From Stramenopiles sp. TOSAG23-6 (taxonomy: Eukaryota), in contig LT635913.1 in NCBI GenBank assembly GCA_900128565.1, positions 1 through 64,000 of the forward strand: a DNA stretch of 64,000 nt, read 5' to 3'. The translations under genes were made by a program, and so were the position numbers. The notes beneath the pieces were generated by a model that was given only the letters and a program-made list of their open reading frames with translations, did no database searches and had not been told where the DNA came from. Positions 22,391 through 33,881 of the stretch are shown here, one piece after another. Position 1 is the first letter of the stretch. Every line of letters starts with the position of its first letter.

Positions 22391-23839
22391 TCACTTTGAG
22401 ATACCACGAATGTAGTTTTTTGTTACCTTGGTTTCAAAGTCTCCATCATCATATAGAATATCATATGTATTATCATTATTTTTTTGTATAATAGTACCGA
22501 CAAAAAAACCATACTTGCCTTTATCAAAAGCTGCTTCTACCCGCTGTTGTACAGCAAATTCATCTTTACCTAACTTTCTGTTATTTCCAGATTTATTTTG
22601 TTGCTTTCTAGTATTTCTAGTATTTCTAGTATTTCTAGTATTTCTAGTATTTGTAGAATTTGTTTTGCCAATTAGTTTTCTACCTGTACTATCTTTGGAA
22701 TTATTATTACTAAGGACAGACTGTGCTTCCATATTTTTTTGAGAAGCTAACTCATTATTATCCTTAAGTTTACCACTATCATTAGCAAGATGCAAAGGTA
22801 TAACTACTAAATCTTTGGCACGCTTCGCGACATGTTCAGTGATAGACTTATCATGAGGAATCAAAAGCACCCAACCATGTTGAGCACCACTTACAGTTGC
22901 AGTCATACCTAAGTGCCTCCCGCCTGTAATCAATACACAGGAGTGCAACCATTTTTCTGTAGAAATAGTTGACAACAGCGGAAATTTAGATGTATTTACT
23001 AACTCATTTTTAATAGCACTTTGATGATTCCCGACTTTCCTACTACTTCCATGATCTCTTCTATTTTTTAAAATTTTGTTTGCTGTAGTGTTTGTACTAA
23101 TTTTCATAGTTATTTTATGATCAACATCAGTAGTCGTTCTGGTATATCTGCAAGGTCTCAACGCCGTTTTTCGTCTTTTTGGAGGTATCCGTTTACATTT
23201 ACGTTTACTCTGGGCAATATTTTTAGAATGAATAGCGGCTTTCATCCTTTCACTATTTTTAGACGATTTATTTCTTGTTGTGAATTCACTTTCAGTGCTA
23301 CGCCCATTATGGTTTGGGGGAAAGGTTTCAGATTTATGTTTACGTTTTTTTGAACTGAAAGGAACCACTGAAGATCGTATGACAAAGTTATCATATACAT
23401 CGATATCAATCTGTATATTCTTTGTCTTTTTACTAAGATGAACTTCGTTGAGTGGAGTGTCCAAAGGTTTATGTCCTATTCTATTGATTCTCCGACGAAT
23501 GTCTTTTGGAGCTACGTTAGTGTCAACACCACCGTCACTAAAGGCAAGATGATAAGTTCCATCCGACTCGTTGTATCCCATTACTTGGGCATTATACCAA
23601 TCTGGGTATGCTGAATCTTTCCCGGAACACCAAAGAGCCTCCACATTTTCAAGACGAGAAAAAACACCATCACGATTTAAGTTTTTGGGAGAAGCAAAAC
23701 CAGAAAAGTTTGTTGCTTGTCTTTCTCCAATGATAGATTTCTTCTCTCGGTCAAAATAATATTCAGAGCATTCCCCATTCTCCTTTAATTTCTCAAGTCT
23801 TTGAAGTGCAAGAAGCTTTTTTGTAAGACTCATTGACAT
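22391..23839 (-). CDS. Protein with two Tudor-like domains and a KOW-like segment
   Basis: VEALW...WYNAQV...DGTYHLAFSDG and RVEAAF...GTI...DNTYDILYDDGDFE; VLITGGRHLGMTATV; NTR x5 repeat at 22605-22652. Confidence 0.7.
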   Translation of the reverse strand: MSMSLTKKLLALQRLEKLKENGECSEYYFDREKKSIIGERQATNFSGFASPKNLNRDGVFSRLENVEALWCSGKDSAYPDWYNAQVMGYNESDGTYHLAFSDGGVDTNVAPKDIRRRINRIGHKPLDTPLNEVHLSKKTKNIQIDIDVYDNFVIRSSVVPFSSKKRKHKSETFPPNHNGRSTESEFTTRNKSSKNSERMKAAIHSKNIAQSKRKCKRIPPKRRKTALRPCRYTRTTTDVDHKITMKISTNTTANKILKNRRDHGSSRKVGNHQSAIKNELVNTSKFPLLSTISTEKWLHSCVLITGGRHLGMTATVSGAQHGWVLLIPHDKSITEHVAKRAKDLVVIPLHLANDSGKLKDNNELASQKNMEAQSVLSNNNSKDSTGRKLIGKTNSTNTRNTRNTRNTRNTRKQQNKSGNNRKLGKDEFAVQQRVEAAFDKGKYGFFVGTIIQKNNDNTYDILYDDGDFETKVTKNYIRGISK

Positions 23840-24090
23840 AATATTATTATTGTTACGGGTACCGTACGTATTATAGCGTATGGTACACTATGACCCTTCT
23901 TCTTCTTTCTTTTTTTGTTTTTTTGTCTTCAAACGATATTTTTCAATTCGTGTGGGATTTCGTGTCATCCAGTAGCGCTAACAAGGCTATCCTTGCTTGC
24001 ATCCAGCTGGAAATGAGTATTTATTCCGTGATAAATAAAAAAATGGAGTGTCGAGACTAAAAACATCTACAATTTAATTACATTTATTTA

Positions 24091-25131
24091 CTATACTTCA
24101 ACGGTAGTATTGTTATTCGATAGTGGCACTATAGATTCTGTTGTTGTCTCCCTCTGTTGCTTATCTTTAATTTCGAAATATTTTTTCTGTTGTTTATCTT
24201 TAATTTCAAAATACTTTTTCTGCTCTTTTAGTTTTCTTTGATATACAGATGACGTCATACTTCGTATTCGAGCTCCTCGTTGTTTCATAAACCGCATCAT
24301 GTTGAATCCTCCTTCAGTTTTAAAATTTGTCTTGTGAACTTTTGAGTAACCTATTGAGTTTCTGTTGACATCAATTTCCTCCTTTATATTACAGTATCTT
24401 TTTTTTTTTTTTTTTTTTTGATTTTCAGAAAAATATCGACATTTTGGTTTTTGCAAATAATGCAACGACAAAAAACATTTCTTTCGGAAAGCTTTTTTGC
24501 ACGAAATATCTTTAGATTCAGCTGCTGCACAATAAAGCCATCGTTTTCGTTTTAATGACTTCTGTTTATCGCTATTTAAAGTTATTTTGTTCATTACATT
24601 TGGATGAAGTACATCCGCGGCTTTTTTATTATAATGAATCGTAGAATTATTTTTTTTAGATGTGTCGTTTTGTACGGAACATTTTTCACGGCAGTTGAAA
24701 CTTTGTGCAAAATGTAAAGTAATAAAGTTACTGGATTTGAAAGTTTTATCACACGCAGGACATTTAAACAGGTTTGTTACACTTGAACGTTTTACTCGAA
24801 TACCATTAAAGTTTGCCCATGTTTCTTTCTCACTAACAAGTAAAAGATTTGCCTCTTTGATCTGGTCGTTTAAAATACGGTTTGCGTGAGCTCGGCAGGT
24901 AATTGAATATTTTAGGTGAAGTGTCAACCAATCAGCTTTCTGAAAAGTTTCCTTACAGCTTACACAACGAAACATTCCATCCGATGAAGCTACAGTCTTA
25001 ACTGTTCCACAAATTGACATTCTGGTTCGCGCTAAGTGTCTTTTTAAGTCCACAGAAATACTTGTGTCGACGCTTTGTGTCTTAAATATCTCATAATTAA
25101 TAGAAGGTGCATCAAAGCAAAACAAACACAT
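24091..25131 (-). CDS. C2H2-type zinc-finger protein (start uncertain, 25131 or 25021)
   Basis: FRCVSCKETF..LTLHL, FKCPACDKTF..ITLHF, CKKAF..LSLHY. Confidence 0.75.
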   Translation of the reverse strand: MCLFCFDAPSINYEIFKTQSVDTSISVDLKRHLARTRMSICGTVKTVASSDGMFRCVSCKETFQKADWLTLHLKYSITCRAHANRILNDQIKEANLLLVSEKETWANFNGIRVKRSSVTNLFKCPACDKTFKSSNFITLHFAQSFNCREKCSVQNDTSKKNNSTIHYNKKAADVLHPNVMNKITLNSDKQKSLKRKRWLYCAAAESKDISCKKAFRKKCFLSLHYLQKPKCRYFSENQKKKKKKRYCNIKEEIDVNRNSIGYSKVHKTNFKTEGGFNMMRFMKQRGARIRSMTSSVYQRKLKEQKKYFEIKDKQQKKYFEIKDKQQRETTTESIVPLSNNNTTVEV

Positions 25132-25486
25132 ATTTCTACACGCAACTCAATATAGAAAAAGGTTTCCAAGATTACTAGACTGTACAAATTTTGACACACC
25201 TATAGAATTTAGCATTGGTAGGACAATTTTGTTTCTATATCTGCATTTAGACATATCAAGGTTTTTTACACCTGTAGAGTTCCTTTCCTTTGGTAGAGCA
25301 CAAAAGAGACAATTTTGAAATTTGTCGTAACTGTCATACTGGGTACCCGGTACCAACAAGTTCAGTTGACCCACCCACAAAACTGACATGATGTCACACC
25401 AAACAAGCTTACTACTACAACTTTTGATTTACAGCATTTGTATATGAAAGTCCTTATTGTAATACATTAATTTATTACAGTAGGAA

Positions 25487-26476
25487 ATGCTTCGTACGTT
25501 TCTAAATGGGATATCACACAAATCAATTCCAAAGAGATCACATGCTTTGCGCACCTTTTCAGTTGCAGCGATAGAACCTAAAAGTAGTTCATCCGTAAGG
25601 CAAAAACCGCGACGTTATATTAAATACTGGGGTTCCGTCGGTAAGCGTGGTCCAAATGCAAAGTCTAGTCAATCAGGGATATCCAAAGGGAAAGGTGACA
25701 CATCAAGAAGGCAGAGGATTGCTGGAAAAGAAATCCATGAAACTTTGAAACAATATAGCAAATCTAAAGAATATTTTGGCCAGTCATTTTCTTTAGACCA
25801 TCTTGAGCAGAAGTTTAGACCAGCACAATACACGCTTCAACAGAAGAATGTCGCATCAAGGTTACCTGGTCAAGGTTGCACTTTTTTAGGATCATTCACA
25901 TCACTCGAACAATTACCGACTATTACAAACGACTTATCCTGGGTAGCTTTTGTGGGTCGATCAAACGCAGGTAAATCTAGTTTACTTCGTGCGCTGCTAC
26001 GCGATAAAAAAATTGTTAGAACCTCCAAGACACCTGGACACACCCAACATATGAACTTTTTCAGACTTGGGCGAAATATGGTCGAAGGGTTATGTTTAGT
26101 GGATTTACCGGGGTATGGTTTTGCCAGAGCCCCTGGAAAAATCCGTAGTGCCTTTCAATCGTTGGTCAATGTTTTTGTTCAAGGTGATAAAGTATCTCAG
26201 TTAAAAAGAACAATGGTGCTGATAGATAGCCGTCGTGGTGTAATGCCGGTCGATATTGAAATTCTAAAAAGTCTAGAAAAATCAAAAATGAAATACGAAA
26301 TTGTTTTAACAAAAACAGATAAGTTAAACAAAACATCTTTACATATAGTACAAAGAAAGACACTATCGCAGTTACTTTTAAATTATCCTAACTGTATTTG
26401 TGTTCATAGTGTGAGTTCTAAATATGGTGACGGGGTGGGATGGTTGCGCAATGGAATATCAGCAGCTGTACAATAA
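25487..26476 (+). CDS. EngB/YihA (GTPBP8-like) organellar ribosome-biogenesis GTPase
   Basis: GRSNAGKSS, SKTPGHT, DLPGYG, DSRRG, TKTDK; N-terminal presequence. Confidence 0.92.
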   Translation: MLRTFLNGISHKSIPKRSHALRTFSVAAIEPKSSSSVRQKPRRYIKYWGSVGKRGPNAKSSQSGISKGKGDTSRRQRIAGKEIHETLKQYSKSKEYFGQSFSLDHLEQKFRPAQYTLQQKNVASRLPGQGCTFLGSFTSLEQLPTITNDLSWVAFVGRSNAGKSSLLRALLRDKKIVRTSKTPGHTQHMNFFRLGRNMVEGLCLVDLPGYGFARAPGKIRSAFQSLVNVFVQGDKVSQLKRTMVLIDSRRGVMPVDIEILKSLEKSKMKYEIVLTKTDKLNKTSLHIVQRKTLSQLLLNYPNCICVHSVSSKYGDGVGWLRNGISAAVQ

Positions 26477-26563
26477 TTGAATCAAAACAACATATGCGTA
26501 AATCTATCGAATTTTACTTCTAAAAATATATAAAATAAAAAAATGTTCACACCTAAAATAACT

Positions 26564-28408
26564 TTACAACGTAAGATCATATACTATTGCTGGTCTTCTC
26601 TGTCCACACATCGTACAATGAGAAAGTGTACCTTTATTGTGAAACGTACACATGATACATGACCAGCTTCCACGTGGTAGTTCACACAGAGGATTAGAGC
26701 AAACAGTCACAGAATTTGGGTTTTGTTTTTCACAATACCATGCTTCTTTGCCATCTTTTGACTTTTTTGAATTTCCACATAACCAATAACCACGTTGTAA
26801 TTTGCATAACTTACACACTTTCCGTTGTGCTTGATTTTTCGTCGAACATGAAGTACATTGCCATCCTGCAAAGAACTCCTGCATTGGTGAAGGGGGGATA
26901 TTTGAAGTTTTTTTGCAATTTATTTCACTTGGTTTTGATGACAAAGGTTTAGAAATGACTTGTGACTTTTTTTTTCCATCTATTGAATTTATTTTAGATT
27001 GACCTTCTTTTAAGTTAATTTTATGAGGTGTATCCAAATTACTTGCATCTTTTTCGTTTTCAAAGGCATCTTCAAACTTATCCAGGTCATCTAAAGTGAC
27101 AAGATCAATATCTTGTTTAGTTTTTAATGAAGAACATTCGCCTTTTACTTTGATTTCTTCTTTAGTTTTTAATGAAGAAAGTCCGCCTTTTACTTTGATA
27201 GATATTCTCTTTGCATCCCCATAAATAACTTGAAAATGTTGATTTGAGGAGGAAGTTTCATTTACACGAGTCGAAAGAGTCGATTTTGAACATTTCTTTT
27301 TGGAATCATTCAGAGTCTTGCAAAGAATATCTTTGGCAGAACCTAGTAGATCATCATCATCCTCAATGGCAAAAGATAATTTTGAAGTATTCTTTGGTAC
27401 GTCTTTTGATAAAACATTTAAAAGTTTTCTTTTTTTTAAAGGTGATTTTAAACATGTTTCATTATCTGTTTTAGTTTTACATTTTTCGTCACTCATTTCC
27501 GTTTTAGAGTAACTACGTTTTTGGCGACTTGATATAGGCGAATTGCATGATTTTGACACTCTATCCAGGACTGGTTTCTCTATTTTATTTGATATAAAAT
27601 TTGATTTTCTATCGTCTTTATTTGATATAAAATTTGATTTTCTATCGTCTGTGTCTGTTCCAATTAGTATCTGAAGAATATATGGCATGGATTTTTTATT
27701 ACTTTCCTCAATAGACTTTGGGAAAGATTTAAATGACAAGCCATGTGCTTTACGAACACTTCGTATAATGCTTGTATCAAATCGAACTATTTTCATCAGA
27801 AGAGTAACAGTAGCAGACACTTCTAAAGAAAAACTATCGGTTTCGTCATCATCCACGTGAGCAGTAAATTTTTTCAAACAAATGAAAATTTGTTCAAGCA
27901 TTCGATTTTGATATTCATTAGAAAATGGTACACATAGCAAAGGTTGTACTTCTAAAAGTCGAATGAACAATTTAAGTTTTTGAAAAGTACAGACAATACG
28001 CAAATGGTCCTCTTTTTCTAGTGTTTCAAGCACTGCATCTTCAGATGCGTTGAGAGTTTCAAGTACTATACAGATATTTTTTTGGACCTCATCTGGAGGT
28101 AACTTAATTTTTTGTAATGCTATTATTTTAGAAAGTAAAGAAAATATCTCACTAGAACGACGCACAAGCCTCACTCTTCGGTCAAGTTCGTCAAATAATA
28201 TAAATAATAACTCCGGCGGAAAACCCTCCATCATTAAACCTGATTGCAAACACAATGAACAATATTTTACGACACGCGAAGATGAATTTTCAGTATTGTT
28301 TCCGTCCTCATTTTCATTATCTTGTTCCTCTTCAATTAAGTCCTCCACTTTGCGAAAAAGTTGGTCAGTAACGTCGGGGTAGTAAAGACAGCGGGGCTGT
28401 TCAACCAT
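26564..28408 (-). CDS. Protein with C-terminal RanBP2-type zinc fingers
   Basis: WQCTSCSTKN...CKLC, WLC...N...C..C, WSCIMCTFHN...CTMC. Confidence 0.75.
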   Translation of the reverse strand: MVEQPRCLYYPDVTDQLFRKVEDLIEEEQDNENEDGNNTENSSSRVVKYCSLCLQSGLMMEGFPPELLFILFDELDRRVRLVRRSSEIFSLLSKIIALQKIKLPPDEVQKNICIVLETLNASEDAVLETLEKEDHLRIVCTFQKLKLFIRLLEVQPLLCVPFSNEYQNRMLEQIFICLKKFTAHVDDDETDSFSLEVSATVTLLMKIVRFDTSIIRSVRKAHGLSFKSFPKSIEESNKKSMPYILQILIGTDTDDRKSNFISNKDDRKSNFISNKIEKPVLDRVSKSCNSPISSRQKRSYSKTEMSDEKCKTKTDNETCLKSPLKKRKLLNVLSKDVPKNTSKLSFAIEDDDDLLGSAKDILCKTLNDSKKKCSKSTLSTRVNETSSSNQHFQVIYGDAKRISIKVKGGLSSLKTKEEIKVKGECSSLKTKQDIDLVTLDDLDKFEDAFENEKDASNLDTPHKINLKEGQSKINSIDGKKKSQVISKPLSSKPSEINCKKTSNIPPSPMQEFFAGWQCTSCSTKNQAQRKVCKLCKLQRGYWLCGNSKKSKDGKEAWYCEKQNPNSVTVCSNPLCELPRGSWSCIMCTFHNKGTLSHCTMCGQRRPAIVYDLTL

Positions 28409-28804
28409 TATTTTAGAAGTCAGTTATTTGCAGCCTGGTAAATACATTTTACTCGATTTACAAACACTTTAACGATTTCGATATGATGTTTGGTATTCGT
28501 TGACAAAGCATAAAATATGTGATATTAATGATACAAAGACATTCAATTCGATAATACAACAACAAAGCTTCTCTCTGTATTATACTATTATTATCAAATC
28601 AATAATAGAGGAGTGAATGAGTCTCTTCGAATTCTTCGCGCAAAAAAAAAAGTCAAAAAATTGAAAAATGATTGGTCAAAAACAAAAAATTGAAACGGCG
28701 TTATGGATTTTCATCTTGCATACTACTACTACTACAAGTAGAGCTCTGACTAGCTATATTAGTAGTACAGTTTTTCTTTTGAATATAACCATCAATTTTT
28801 CAGA

Positions 28805-29311
28805 ATGACACTCACTGAAGGAAATATCATTGAAGCTAAAACTGTATTCACAATGTTTTCTGAAGACGAAGATATTCTACCAAGAGAAAAACTTAAAGAT
28901 GTGATGCTGAGTCTGGGCTATGTTGTCAACGCAGAAGATATGCTACATCTAAATTTAGCTAATACAATAAGTGGTTTTACTTTTAGAGATGTTCTGGATA
29001 TTCTTAACGATTTCCACCATCCTTCAGCAAAACAAATCATGGAAGGTTTCAAGTCAGCACATAATAAGAAGAATTTTATGTTAGCTGATGAAGTTTACAA
29101 AGTGTATACTAACATAGGTGATTCAATATCTTCAAAGTCATTGAAAGTGTTCTTAAATACTGCAAATATGCAGAAGGATGGAACCATTGAATTCAAAGAT
29201 GTGGTACATGATATGTTAGAATATCAGGCGGAAAAGACAGCCAAACAGGAATGGCTTGATGCAATGCTCTCTGTCACAAACAGAAGGATTGCGACAAAAG
29301 GTTCATTATAA
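28805..29311 (+). CDS. Calmodulin/myosin-light-chain-like EF-hand protein
   Basis: EAKTVFTMF...LKDVMLSLG, DGTIEF; size 168 aa. Confidence 0.7.
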   Translation: MTLTEGNIIEAKTVFTMFSEDEDILPREKLKDVMLSLGYVVNAEDMLHLNLANTISGFTFRDVLDILNDFHHPSAKQIMEGFKSAHNKKNFMLADEVYKVYTNIGDSISSKSLKVFLNTANMQKDGTIEFKDVVHDMLEYQAEKTAKQEWLDAMLSVTNRRIATKGSL

Positions 29312-29352
29312 AAAAAATATATAAAAAGTAATATAATACTACTAGATATTCT

Positions 29353-30510
29353 TTATTTCCTAGGTAATCCGAAAAATATTCGTGCATTACGCGCAGTGAT
29401 ATTAGCCACGTCTACAGGTGCAAGATCATCACACGACAAACATTGCGACAAACAAGAAGCTACGTGTGGCAACGAAGTTGGTACATTTGGATATGTTTTA
29501 TTTTCAGCTTTTTCTTGACCTTTTCTACATTTTTTAAATCCTAAATATGGTGAATCTGTTTCAATCATTATACGATCCAGTAATGTAGACCATTTAAATC
29601 CACCATTTGCATCTCTTTCGTTTGCACGACTCCAACAGGCAAGCTTTTTAATTGTTTCACATAAGGCTTTTCCCCGTGTTTTGTTACATAAAACTCCGCT
29701 AAACGAAACATAAAAACCACGTTCCAAATAATACTTCAATTCTGATAGGGTTCCAGTAAAGCAGTGAATAATAATAGGTGGTAATCCTAATTGATCATCT
29801 GATAGTTTCTGGGATATCTTTTCTTGTGTATCCAGCACTTTACAAAAGTCGTCGAATGCAAGTCGCTCATGAAGGAAAAGTGGAATATTTAGCTTGCATG
29901 CCAAAGCTACCTGTTTTTCAAAACACCATATTTGGTCTTGACAAGGTGGAAATCCGTCACTGTAATCTAGTCCACACTCACCAATTGCTACAATACTTTT
30001 GAGATCATTGTTAACTTTCTGATCGTTATACAAACGTTTTAGTGTGTCTGCGAAGTCACTGTCTTTTTGTAAGTGCTTCGAATTGTATGGGTGTACACCT
30101 AAAGTGGCGAATATTTTCCCCGGGTATTCGTTTGCTAGTTTTATACATTGTTTACTTTCTTCGATTGTTGAACCTGGAACTATAAACTCCGAAATGCCAC
30201 ATTTTGCAGAAGCTGTTATTAAAGCAGGCATATCCGAAGCTAAATCTTTGTGAGTAAAGTTACAATCCACATCTACCATTTGAGGTATTGGCTCCTCCTT
30301 CAGAGATATTCCAAGAATTTCTCGAGTAAGAGAAGTAAAATCATACAACTTTTTAGATTTAACCCTTTCCATTTTCTGTCTATTATTATTTTCATTTTGC
30401 TTGTAACGTCCAGCAGTGCTACTGTATAGTTCTACAGCTAACCTTAACTCATCATAAACGCTAGCGTACAGGCGCGTTGAAGAACTTGGTCGCAGAATTG
30501 CTTGGAACAT
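29353..30510 (-). CDS. TatD-family DNase
   Basis: GVHP, AIGECGLDY, PLFLHER, HCFTG, MIETDSPY; start taken at MFQAILR. Confidence 0.92.
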   Translation of the reverse strand: MFQAILRPSSSTRLYASVYDELRLAVELYSSTAGRYKQNENNNRQKMERVKSKKLYDFTSLTREILGISLKEEPIPQMVDVDCNFTHKDLASDMPALITASAKCGISEFIVPGSTIEESKQCIKLANEYPGKIFATLGVHPYNSKHLQKDSDFADTLKRLYNDQKVNNDLKSIVAIGECGLDYSDGFPPCQDQIWCFEKQVALACKLNIPLFLHERLAFDDFCKVLDTQEKISQKLSDDQLGLPPIIIHCFTGTLSELKYYLERGFYVSFSGVLCNKTRGKALCETIKKLACWSRANERDANGGFKWSTLLDRIMIETDSPYLGFKKCRKGQEKAENKTYPNVPTSLPHVASCLSQCLSCDDLAPVDVANITARNARIFFGLPRK

Positions 30511-30873
30511 TGTACTAAAATAAAATAAATGATCTATTTTTGCATATCTGATTAAATACAATCATCTATATGGACTTAAAAATGCTTACTTTCTTTGTTT
30601 TCTTTCAAAAATCCTCTCGTGTGACTTCTTTTTGCAGTGCGCTTCGAACCCTGCTTTTCGTCGGTCGTCAATTTAACGGTCAGCATATACGCGTACAGAA
30701 ATTATAATTAAAAGAACTGTAAGACTAAAAAAAAATTAAAATTTTCCCCTGATTAAATCTTAAATAACTAAATGAAACATTTTGTATTGTTTTTATTCAT
30801 TCGATCAATATCTTGAATCATTCAATCTAAAATAATAATAATGAACCACTGATATTAAACTTATTCAAGAAGA

Positions 30874-31398
30874 CTATTTCTCCCTAAGACGTAAATTATC
30901 TCTTGAATCTCTTGAACCAGAATCTCTGATTGAGGCCACATTTCTAGCTTTGTTTTGCCATATTTCATCAAATGTTGCGCGTTTATCTTCTGGGATGTTT
31001 TCGGTTCTCTCCTCTTTCTCAATTTCTCCATTCATATTACGCCTCTGACTCATTATTCTTCTTTGGTCACCGATTCCTCTTGTTAACCTCATACCGTCTT
31101 CTCCAGTCCGTGAATCACGAAACATTTCTCGACTTTCTGTGATCCCAGATGGACCATGTCGTGTATGGTGAGATGATCGCTCTACCACAACAGGTTTCCC
31201 TCCATTTGTACTTGATGAAGAGTAATAAGAAGTTGAAGACATCGTAGAGCTGGAGTTTGGACCAACAAGATCATTGCCAAACATACTTCCCTGAAATAAT
31301 GATCTCCCACCTAGAGACCCCCTCGCACCAAACATATCATCTGACCCATTAAAAAATGGATCGTCATCAAAAATATCTCTGCCAAAGTCACCAGACAT
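30874..31398 (-). CDS. Myeloid leukemia factor (MLF)-like protein
   Basis: F/D/G-rich N-terminus, SSTSYYSS, GITESREMFRDSRTG...RGIGD, FDEIW. Confidence 0.75.
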   Translation of the reverse strand: MSGDFGRDIFDDDPFFNGSDDMFGARGSLGGRSLFQGSMFGNDLVGPNSSSTMSSTSYYSSSSTNGGKPVVVERSSHHTRHGPSGITESREMFRDSRTGEDGMRLTRGIGDQRRIMSQRRNMNGEIEKEERTENIPEDKRATFDEIWQNKARNVASIRDSGSRDSRDNLRLREK

Positions 31399-31710
31399 CA
31401 ACGTGTTGTAATCAGAGTCGCAAAAGATTTTTATATGATTTGTATCTTGTGTGTGTGTGTATTCGTAACTTATCCATAAAAATCATCTCGGAATTCCGTC
31501 AAGACCCCGTCGATACCCGGTACCTGTCTCGCGACCAGATTTCGTGGACACTAATGAGGTTGGTGTATTCAAATGGAAGCAAGGAAAACCATTTATTATT
31601 GATGGTGGACATGGATATGATTGGGCAAGGGAAGATGAAAAATATTAATTTGTGAAATAAAATATGTTTAAAACACTTTATCGCAGTTTATTCTTTATTG
31701 CATATAATTG

Positions 31711-33620
31711 TTACCTACGTTTCTTTGTATCAGATGGTGGACATGGTGAATTACCACCATATGAATCTACAAGGCCAACAGGCATAAAATTTGGTAAAAG
31801 ACCAGTTGGTGTACCAGTACTGCTACCTCTGCGTCTACTAGGAGTTAGACGAGGAGAACTGATTTGAGGTAAATCTTTGTATTCTGGAATAGTTTTTGAT
31901 GCGTCTGCTTGAAAAATTTTCTCAAGTTTTTTCAGATCAAAAGAAATATCTTTTAATACAATACCATCACTGCAAACGCCACACGCAGTAAGTGGATTCC
32001 AAATTTCATTACTTTTACGATCACCATCCCCACGCATTTGACGTCTTCTTTCAAGTTGTGCTTTTTTTAGTTGAATTTTATACTCGGCAGTGATTAATTT
32101 CCACACTTTATAGGTTGCATCACTTACACCAGTTCCAAGATATGATGCCATTCGTAATTGCATATTATTTGCATATATCAAAGAATTCTCTTTTTCTTTT
32201 TTCGTAGGATACTTTATTATGAAAAAATATTTTTTTTTGTAAAATTTGTTAGGTACGGAATTTTCTATGAAAAAAAAAAATAATAATAATAAAAGCATAC
32301 ATGAACCGGAAGGATTTTCACTTCCATTCTTTGGACAAATTGACAACATGATCGCCATATTAGATCCAGAAGTTCACAACCACCAACCTCTCTACCAGTA
32401 TAACAAGGATTGAAATTACTGTATGGCATTTTGAAAGCTATTAATTGGACAGGTTCCCCCGCAGCAAACGCTCCTCCATTAAATCGAAACAAAGCTGCTT
32501 GGTTGTCACAGGTACCTTCGGGGAATATCATTAATTGTGGAGCATCATCCGATTTGTCTGTTGCACGAGCTTTTATATCTTGTAATGTTTTTGATTTCGA
32601 TTTTGGATCCCATCTATCTACAAGTAGTGCGTCTAAGACCCTACAAATTCCACTAAATAAAGGAAGACGGGTATTTTCTATTGCCGAAACGAAAGATGGA
32701 AAGGATAACGCTGACACCACAAGTATTTCTACTGCTCCGATATGGTTGGGTATAAGCAGTTTGCACTTTTTTGGATCGCAAAATTTTCCTTCAATCACAA
32801 CACGATGGTAACCTAAAAAACTGAGTGCTGCAAAGACAATCATCCGAACGGGACCAAAAAGCCAAAAGTTTCTCCAACGTTTACTTGGAAAAATCGCTGC
32901 CACATTCATGAGACATACACCAATAGTAATAGCAAAAGCAAACATGACAAAGCGAAATAGAGCAAAACCAGTTACTGTAAATATTATTGTTTTGTATAAT
33001 TCATATCCTTTCAGGGGTGTAGTATATTCAGTAGCTATTGCTTTGGAAACTCGTGGAATTTTATCCAGTGGTGTCGGTTTCTGTGGCCAGTTCCAGCCAC
33101 TTCTTGGCAACCCTAACATGTATCGCAAATTTTCCACCATAAACAGAAACACATGTGTCATTAAAAGTAGTTCTATATATATTAGAAGATATGATCGCCA
33201 ACCTACACCTTGAGGAAAATATTTAGACTCTACTATACCTAATTTCATTGTATGAAAGCCTGTAATTAACTTCGTTGAGGGAAAGCCTGTTACAGCATTC
33301 GCAGCATACTCTCCAAATGCATGCCAAGCTGCCCAAGTGCTCAATGTCATACCCTCAAATTCTTCCAGAGATATTTGGCCATCTTTATCTTTATCAAGTG
33401 AGTCAAAGAGACCTCGAATAGCTGACTCAACTTTACCTTCAACAGATTCAAACACTCTTTCTTTCAACATTTCTGCATCTTCCAGCATATTTATAGCTGC
33501 ATTATTGAAATCCTCCAACTCCAATGAATCCAATGAGTCTGAGCCATCCCATATCGGAAGATACCTGACTAAATTTAGAAGATAAACCAATGCAAGAGCA
33601 AAAACGAGGCGCTCGATCAT
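31711..33620 (-). CDS. Lysophospholipid acyltransferase (LPCAT-like) with EF-hand; 2 exons (33620-32301, 32211-31711)
   Basis: PNHIGAVE, IFPEGT, FNGGAF; splicing restores LPVH|YPTKKEKENSLIYANN. Confidence 0.88.
32212..32300 (-). other. Intron, family copy C, GT-AG, 89 nt
   Basis: CAT|GTATGC...CCGTACCTAAC...AAATATTTTTTCATAATAAAG|TAT; joins two ORFs in frame. Confidence 0.9.
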
Positions 33621-33669
33621 TGTACTTGAATCTTCGGCTCGAGAGAAAGCTCTGGGACTTCCGAGACTC

Positions 33670-33718
33670 GAGAGAGCGAGAGAGAGCGAGAGGCGAGAGA
33701 GAGTGAGAGAGCGAGAGA
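33670..33718. repeat. Imperfect (GA)n microsatellite in the LPCAT 5' region
   Basis: gagagagcgagagagagcgagaggcgagagagagtgagagagcgagaga. Confidence 0.85.
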
Positions 33719-33881
33719 TACCATTCAAAAAACCCTAACCCTAGTAAATATATAACAAATCAAAAACACAAAATTTAATTTTGAGAATTTTTTGACACAA
33801 CACTATTGATCCGCTATTTTATTATTACGGGTTTTTGGGAAGTGGGAATTCTGCTTTTGCACTTGAATACATTCATCCAAA

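Noticed and set aside
25132-25389. In-frame TGA (25147-25149) joining an 80-aa ORF to the zinc-finger gene, giving a UxxC-like string (LY*VACRNMCLFC)
   Set aside because: No SECIS seen, no recognisable domain, and the upstream ORF overlaps the TACCCGGTA promoter motif of a divergent spacer; probably chance.
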